A stretch of 64,000 nt of DNA from Oligoflexales bacterium (lineage in GTDB: Bacteria > Bdellovibrionota_B > Oligoflexia > Oligoflexales > CAIYRB01). The position numbers and the translations under genes were made by a program. Within the stretch, counting starts at the first letter, position 1, and each line of letters begins with the position of its first letter. Of this stretch, positions 58,248-64,000 are shown in pieces. The stretch covers positions 32,001 through 96,000 of the forward strand of contig JBGSUI010000148.1 of assembly GCA_041736175.1 (NCBI GenBank), given 5' to 3'. Below the pieces are notes generated by a model. The model saw nothing but the letters and a program-made list of their open reading frames with translations, made no database searches and was not told the DNA's origin.

Positions 58248-58535
58248 CGAGCCCAAAGAGCCTTCGCGACGACAGGAGGACTTCACGCTGCCACTTTGTT
58301 TACCTTTGATGGTGTCCTCGAAAGCCTGTACAAAGACGTGGGACGACACAACGCCGTCGACAAAATTGTCGGTGCTGAATTTCGCAAAGGCGCCATCCCC
58401 CTCACCAACAAGCTTATTCTCGTCAGCGGACGCGCAAGCTATGAATTGGTTCAAAAAACCATCAAAGCGGGGGCCTCGGCGCTGGTGGCCATCGGTGCCA
58501 CCGTCAAGCTTGATAAATTTGGAAATTTTCCTTAA
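58248..58535 (+). pseudogene. fdhD: fdhD relic (formate dehydrogenase sulfurtransferase fragment)
   Basis: QRAFATTGGLHAA, DVGRHNAVDK, SGRASYELVQK; in-frame TGA upstream, no N-terminus, C-terminus truncated after VAIGA. Confidence 0.85.
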
Positions 58536-58677
58536 ACAACTCTATTTGATTAGATTAGATTCAAGGTACCTCTGGACCTGCAATTTAGTTTCCTAGGGTG
58601 TACAAAATTTCATCAAATGGTAACTCTCTTGACAAACTATCTTATTCGATAACGTTGATTATTAACGAAATTTAAAG

Positions 58678-58693
58678 TGGCATAGTTTGTGCA
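58678..58693 (+). promoter_or_regulatory. Sigma-54 promoter
   Basis: TGGCATAGTTTGTGCA. Confidence 0.65.
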
Positions 58694-58755
58694 TTCATCT
58701 GGGCAACAGATACGAAATGAATGCCTACCAGGAAATATCAGGAAAGGAATAAGTT

Positions 58756-59898
58756 ATGTTAGCAAAAAATCCAATTATTTTTTTGTTGCTTTATTTCAAT
58801 TTAACATCTTGTCTCAAGAGAAATAGCAATGAATCTGGTCTAGAAGGTGTCAATATGGGTCCCAATCCTGGACTTCCTGCAGCACAAAACTTTGTGTTAA
58901 AAACAAAAAATGGCATAGACGGCTGCCATGCAATATTGATAAGTCCAGATCTGGCGATTACATTAGATTATGAGAGGTGTGATTCTAAATCATTATTTTC
59001 TTACTCAAAAGATAAAAACCTCATGGTAATAGAGATTGACAGTAAAACTCCAATTATCGGAAAAGGTCCCAGATCGAACAAACTTCGACATTTTCGTATA
59101 CTCAGATTAAAAACAAATGTTGAAGGTGTAAATATTCCAGAAATAGCTTACTCACCTAGTGAGAAATATAGCATAATGACATATGCCTACAGATCCTCAG
59201 ATCGAACATATCATTCTGGACACCCATTCACAGCAAGGCCAAAGAACATTCATTTTCGATTAGGTGAAGGTGGAGGCGATCCAGTTGTTGAATTTGGAAA
59301 TACTACTCTGCTCACATGCATGAACTCTGGTCATATAATAGGGGCGCCAATTTTATCTCGCGATGGAAAACTAACGGGCATAATCACAAATGAATATCGT
59401 CGTATCGAGCGTTTGGGTATGTATAACGGTATGTATGACTACGGAGACTTTAAGGATTTCTGGAGTCCAAAAAAAGCTTTTGAGTTCAGTCAGGATCCAC
59501 CACTTGTTCGTGGGTTAAAATCGGTCGTTTTTAAAGGTAAAGGCCTCCTTAAAGAAAACACAACTAAAAAGATTGGCGATTTATCGATAAACTACAACAC
59601 CAAATTGGGCAGCTTACAAATAGGGCTAGGGAAGGATAACCTGTTTTCCTTTAAATTAGATAGGGAAAAAAATGGTCCAGATATCTTTTATCAAGATGAA
59701 GATATAAACTTATATGAGTTTTGGTTTCCCAATGAAAATGACCCTGTAAAAGCTGACTCTAAAGATATAGCATCTATGGTCTCAAATTTCTTGGAAAAAG
59801 CAGCCGCAACCAAAGGTATCGACCCAAAAATCAAAAATTACTTATTGGAGATTAAAGGAGGTTTGTCTTCCTACTTTTCTAAACAGATAAAACTTTAA
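58756..59898 (+). CDS. AT-rich lipoprotein with degenerate trypsin-like domain
   Basis: LTSC lipobox; CHAILISPDLAIT (no AAHC) and HIIGAPILSRDGKLTGI (no GDSGG). Confidence 0.6.
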   Translation: MLAKNPIIFLLLYFNLTSCLKRNSNESGLEGVNMGPNPGLPAAQNFVLKTKNGIDGCHAILISPDLAITLDYERCDSKSLFSYSKDKNLMVIEIDSKTPIIGKGPRSNKLRHFRILRLKTNVEGVNIPEIAYSPSEKYSIMTYAYRSSDRTYHSGHPFTARPKNIHFRLGEGGGDPVVEFGNTTLLTCMNSGHIIGAPILSRDGKLTGIITNEYRRIERLGMYNGMYDYGDFKDFWSPKKAFEFSQDPPLVRGLKSVVFKGKGLLKENTTKKIGDLSINYNTKLGSLQIGLGKDNLFSFKLDREKNGPDIFYQDEDINLYEFWFPNENDPVKADSKDIASMVSNFLEKAAATKGIDPKIKNYLLEIKGGLSSYFSKQIKL

Positions 59899-59941
59899 TT
59901 CCTGATTAGTGGCTCCCGGGAGATTCTTGTAGCGCCTTTTG

Positions 59942-60240
59942 TTAAGGCTCTACGTTAAACTTTTCCTTGCAACGATTCCCATCCACTTCTGTCCTAGTGC
60001 AGCGTCCGCCGTCCCGGGACCACACCTCGTGGCGAACGGCCATGGGGATTGCAGACCTGTGTTTTTTCACAGCTGGTGCTACCTATGAAGTGGCTGTATT
60101 CGGGACCGGGGTTACAGGGACCACCGCTTCGGTCGGCGTTTCTCCCGGGACTCGATCTTGGCGGGAAAAATCAGCAAATTGGTTGTAGAGGCCTCTATAG
60201 GAACCGTTTTGTAAGCCCCAAAACCCGTCAAACTTTTTCT
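59942..60240 (-). pseudogene. HNH-endonuclease relic
   Basis: TS*VAPAVKKHRSAIPMAVRHEVWSRDGGRCT...GNRCKEKFNVE*; in-frame stop, ends before the catalytic DH. Confidence 0.7.
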
Positions 60241-60902
60241 GAAGATTCCAAGAATATTTTTAGAGCCAGTTCGTCCCAGGGCGAACGACCCAGATGGTGC
60301 GGCCCCAAATTCGGTGACTCCAGAGGTAGAGCCCATTGGGAAAAAATCCAGGTCGGCAATGTCAAGGACTGTTCGCCGCGAGGTTTGGGCCCGGGACGAA
60401 TCAGTTACCGTGGGGTCTAAGCCTGCGCATCAACCGACCACTTGACTTATTTCTTGGGCGACAACTTCATTGACCAAAAAAATTACAACAAATGCAAATC
60501 TACATGTGATTCCGTCCACACGAAAATTGGTCGTAAATCCAAAAAGCTCTTCATTTCACGAAATGCCTTTTTTTGGAGTTCCCTTCAGCTATGGAGGGAT
60601 GAGATTTGCTCTCGTCAATTTGGAGCATTTAATCCGCAGCAGCACCATATGGGCTCCTAACATAAATGGGAATAGACTTGAATTACGTGGTTTTTTTACC
60701 CCTAGAAATACTTCTGAGATGCTCTCCAATTACCGGATTGTTAATGGGCGACTCGATTACCTCTATAAGTCCAAAAAACCTTCTTGTTTTCCCTAAGTCA
60801 TTGCTGACGTTGCCTATTCACTCAGAGGGAGTGGTCGTGTATGATAGGGGAGGTGTCAGACAAATGACATAGGGGGCTTATCAATCATAAAGGAAACATA
60901 AT

Positions 60903-61451
60903 ATGATAAAAAAATGGATACCCCCGGTGCTTCTGGGCATCTTTGTCTTTGCTGGATTGCTCTACTGGCTGGTTTCTAAACGCAGCGGTGATGATGCTGC
61001 CGGAGTGCATTCTAACGTCCCGTCAACCCCTGCTGACTCTGATATGGTGGAGGAGTTTGGAGACGGGCTAGACACGGAAGGCGCGGAAAACACCTTTGAA
61101 ATGTCAGATGGTGGAAAAAAGACGCCCCCCAATCTTCCGGAGGAGGGTGGGTTTGATGAATCGGGCATAGGCCAGGAGATGGACGGACTGCCTCGGGAGG
61201 AGGACGACCTTGGGCCTGGTCTAGGTGGTGTCGATGGCAATGGTAGCCCGGGAGGTCTTCCGGACACCGAAAACACCGCTCCTATGGATGAGATCGATAC
61301 TATCGATGACGATGAAGGTGAAACCCTCGATTCTAAAAACCACACATCAACAGGGACTGGGGTTTCCACGGGAGCGGGTCCGACGGGGGCTGGATTTCAA
61401 CAAGATACAAATAATCAAACAGGAACCCCAGGGGCGGTCCCGGGTCCTTAA
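60903..61451 (+). CDS. Membrane-anchored acidic low-complexity protein
   Basis: N-terminal TM helix, D/E/G-rich body, AAGGA RBS. Confidence 0.7.
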   Translation: MIKKWIPPVLLGIFVFAGLLYWLVSKRSGDDAAGVHSNVPSTPADSDMVEEFGDGLDTEGAENTFEMSDGGKKTPPNLPEEGGFDESGIGQEMDGLPREEDDLGPGLGGVDGNGSPGGLPDTENTAPMDEIDTIDDDEGETLDSKNHTSTGTGVSTGAGPTGAGFQQDTNNQTGTPGAVPGP

Positions 61452-61490
61452 GGCTTTTAAGATCTTTTACAAAAAACTTTTCACTTTTCA

Positions 61491-61526
61491 GGGATAAGAA
61501 GGGCTATCAAAGGTCCTTCCTATCCC
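61491..61526. terminator. Hairpin between convergent genes (rpsU terminator candidate)
   Basis: GGGATA.GAAGGGC...GTCCTTC.TATCCC. Confidence 0.5.
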
Positions 61527-61535
61527 GGATGAAAT

Positions 61536-61739
61536 TCAGCCTGGTTTCCCCATTTTGCGCATCTGTTTGATGCGTCTTTTGCGGGCAGCAATCGCTTTTT
61601 TCTTGCATTTGACAGACGGCTTTTCGTAGTGCTGGTTCTTTTTCAAGTCGCCGATAACACCGGCTTTCTCTACTTGCTTTTTAAAGATCCGAAGCACTTT
61701 GTCAATGGGTTCCCCGTCTCGCACTTTAATTCCCGGCAT
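61536..61739 (-). CDS. rpsU: 30S ribosomal protein S21
   Basis: [21 protein letters not shown]. Confidence 0.97.
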   Translation of the reverse strand: MPGIKVRDGEPIDKVLRIFKKQVEKAGVIGDLKKNQHYEKPSVKCKKKAIAARKRRIKQMRKMGKPG

Positions 61740-61896
61740 GTGGTTCCTTTCTTGGGTACCTGCTTAGAAGGGCCTATGGGTAAAAAAACGAATAGTCCTC
61801 GTATTCAACTGAGGCGTGGCAACGTAACAAACAATAATGATATCATGCAACACTTAGTTTCAGCGGTTGTTGACTATTTTCCCGTAACATCATGAA

Positions 61897-63201
61897 ATGA
61901 TCATGAAATCAGTATGGAAACCAATCATGACTAACGACAAATCTCCCCGAAAAAGCTTTCTTCCGGTTCCGAACGACTCTCATTTTCCACTGGCCAATCT
62001 CCCCTGGGGTATCTTTAGGCGCGCACCTGGGGCCCAGCCGACGGTGGGGGTCGCCCTAGGGGATCAGATCGTCGACCTCCACCATCTGGCCCTTAAGGGA
62101 TATGTGACGACTGGCCATAGCCCAGGGCTCTTTACCACGGGACGCCTTAACGAGCTAGCCGGCGAAGGGCCGGATCTTGGACGCCAGATCCGAAGCCAAC
62201 TCCAAAAAATCCTTGCAGAGGATTGTCCGACTCTCCGTGATCAACCATCCCTACACAAGGATTTGTTTTATCCACAAAAATCCGCCATCATGGATCTTCC
62301 CTTTGCCAGCGGTGGCTTTACGGATTTTTATTCGTCCATCAACCATGCCTCTAACGTCGGTCGACTCTTTAGAGATAAGGACAATCCGCTCCTTCCAAAC
62401 TGGCGCCATCTCCCCGTTGCCTACAATGGCAGAGCCAGTACCCTGGTTCCATCGGGAACTCCGATCCCTAGGCCCAAGGGCCAAATCAGTCCAGGCCCCG
62501 GGCTGCCCCCAGTCTATGGACCTTCGCAAAAGTTAGATTTCGAACTCGAGCTGGGCTACTACATCGGTGTGGAAAACCCCCATGGCACACCCATCCCCGT
62601 CGACCGGGCTAGCGAGCATATCTTTGGATTGGTCCTTGTCAACGACTGGAGTGCTCGGGATCACCAGGCCTGGGAGTATGTGCCCCTCGGGCCTTTTTTA
62701 AGTAAGAGCTTTGCCACCTCGGTATCCCCATGGGTGGTGTCTCCAGACGCTTTAAAACCATTTTTAAGGCCGATGGCGTCCCAAGATCCTAAGCCGCTCG
62801 CTTATCTGTGCGAAGGCCAACGTCAGGTCTATGATGTCACGCTAGAAGTCTGGTTAACCCCCGCACAAACAGGGGTGCCCCAGAAAATCGCCACCACCAA
62901 CACCCAGGAGCTTTACTGGTCCTTAAGCCAACAGATCGCCCACCACACAGTCAATGGATGTAAACTGCAAATTGGCGACCTCCTGGCTACGGGAACCATC
63001 AGTGGGCCAACTCCTCAGAGTTTAGGAAGTCTCTTAGAAATGACCCTTAATGGCACCCAAGCGCTCCAGCTCCCAGGTGGGCTCTCCCGCCGCTTCCTTG
63101 AAGATCTGGACGAGGTCGCCCTGGTGGCCTATGGGCAAGGGCAGGACTACCGGATCGGGTTTGGTGAGGTCCGCGGTAAAATCCTCCCTGCTCCAGTCTA
63201 A
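61897..63201 (+). CDS. fahA: Fumarylacetoacetase
   Basis: HFPL.NLP.G, TDFYSS..HA, PVAYNGRAS, LDFELE, NDWSARD.Q.WEY.PLGPF. Confidence 0.96.
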   Translation: MIMKSVWKPIMTNDKSPRKSFLPVPNDSHFPLANLPWGIFRRAPGAQPTVGVALGDQIVDLHHLALKGYVTTGHSPGLFTTGRLNELAGEGPDLGRQIRSQLQKILAEDCPTLRDQPSLHKDLFYPQKSAIMDLPFASGGFTDFYSSINHASNVGRLFRDKDNPLLPNWRHLPVAYNGRASTLVPSGTPIPRPKGQISPGPGLPPVYGPSQKLDFELELGYYIGVENPHGTPIPVDRASEHIFGLVLVNDWSARDHQAWEYVPLGPFLSKSFATSVSPWVVSPDALKPFLRPMASQDPKPLAYLCEGQRQVYDVTLEVWLTPAQTGVPQKIATTNTQELYWSLSQQIAHHTVNGCKLQIGDLLATGTISGPTPQSLGSLLEMTLNGTQALQLPGGLSRRFLEDLDEVALVAYGQGQDYRIGFGEVRGKILPAPV

Positions 63202-63208
63202 AAGCTGA

Positions 63209-64000
63209 TCAACCGCCAGACTTAACGTTGAGGTTGGCGGCGTTTTTTCCCCCTGGTAGGAGGCCGCTAAAGGGAGAATCCCCGGAGTCTCCCCCACCAC
63301 ACATGGCCTCGAATCGAGCGCCGTTGGTGCTAGCAAAGCGGCTCACTTTGGTGAAGTCGGGATCACTGATCTCAAATCGAGAGTACTTGATCAAAGCTTG
63401 GGACTGGGGGCTTGAAAGGTCTACAAAGTAGTTGGTGGCCAGGTTGCCGTTCAACCCATAGGCGGAGCCGATGCCCAGGAGGATTCCATCGGGGTTGGTT
63501 CCATCAGAGGCAAAGACCGGCCCCCCTGAGTCGCCCTTTCCAGCGACTGCTTCCCCTTTAGAAAGATCGCCGACCACTGTAAGGTAACCCCGGTCGCTGG
63601 CTAGGGCGGCAATCTTGTTTTTACCGGTGTTTTTGTTGCCGACTCCGGTCTTTAAGTCCGGGCCTATGGCTCCATAGCCCACCAGGGTGACTTCAGAACC
63701 TACCGCGGGCGGTGTACCAGGGGACGCAGGGACTGGATACCGTGGCAACACAAAGGTGTTTGGTTCGAACTTGATCACGGTCAGGTCGATCCCAATCTGT
63801 TCCTCTAAGATGGTGTCGGAGCCAAGGGTTTCGGGAAAAGCCCAACCCGTGAGGGCTGTGGCCGTTTTTTTGCCGTTAAATCCCTGAACACTCAGAGCAG
63901 CCTCTATGCCCTGGTATTGAGCTTGGCCAGGGTTTGCGGTGCTCGCCTTTTTAATACAGTGGGCGGCTGCAAGCACGGTCTCCTCATTGATGATCACACC
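63209..64000 (-). CDS. Trypsin-like serine protease, partial (start beyond the right edge)
   Basis: VLAAAHC, DLTVI, GDSGGP. Confidence 0.88.
   Translation of the reverse strand, partial: GVIINEETVLAAAHCIKKASTANPGQAQYQGIEAALSVQGFNGKKTATALTGWAFPETLGSDTILEEQIGIDLTVIKFEPNTFVLPRYPVPASPGTPPAVGSEVTLVGYGAIGPDLKTGVGNKNTGKNKIAALASDRGYLTVVGDLSKGEAVAGKGDSGGPVFASDGTNPDGILLGIGSAYGLNGNLATNYFVDLSSPQSQALIKYSRFEISDPDFTKVSRFASTNGARFEAMCGGGDSGDSPFSGLLPGGKNAANLNVKSGG

Noticed and set aside
60442..60872. Short overlapping ORFs
   Set aside because: No RBS or recognisable motifs; likely decayed sequence

Overview
Chromosomal window from what looks like a predatory-type Bdellovibrionota/Oligoflexia bacterium. This is inferred from gene content: a TIGR02147-like regulator, many secreted lipoprotein proteases, 7TM-PP2C sensors and an Hpt-REC protein. 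It holds housekeeping genes (ung, fabH, uppP, proBA, galM, modABC, aat, SUI1, DEAD-box helicase, rpsU, fahA), many secreted hydrolases and signalling genes. The main points of interest are: (1) a kdp operon with no KdpE, led by an NtrC/AlgB-type regulator and KinB-type kinase behind a sigma-54 promoter, with two small membrane peptides and a kinase-less KdpD-Usp protein fused to a PTS EIIA domain; (2) AT-rich single-gene lipoprotein cassettes, each with a sigma-54 promoter, two of them beside gene scars (an internally deleted copy of the ABC solute-binding gene, an fdhD relic, an HNH relic); (3) a tandem pair of CheZ-like proteins; (4) a stand-alone secretin N0 domain; (5) a DEAD-box helicase coupled to an L7Ae-like protein. 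I found no rRNA, tRNA, CRISPR array or intact IS element. All family calls come from motif recognition by eye, not from database searches.
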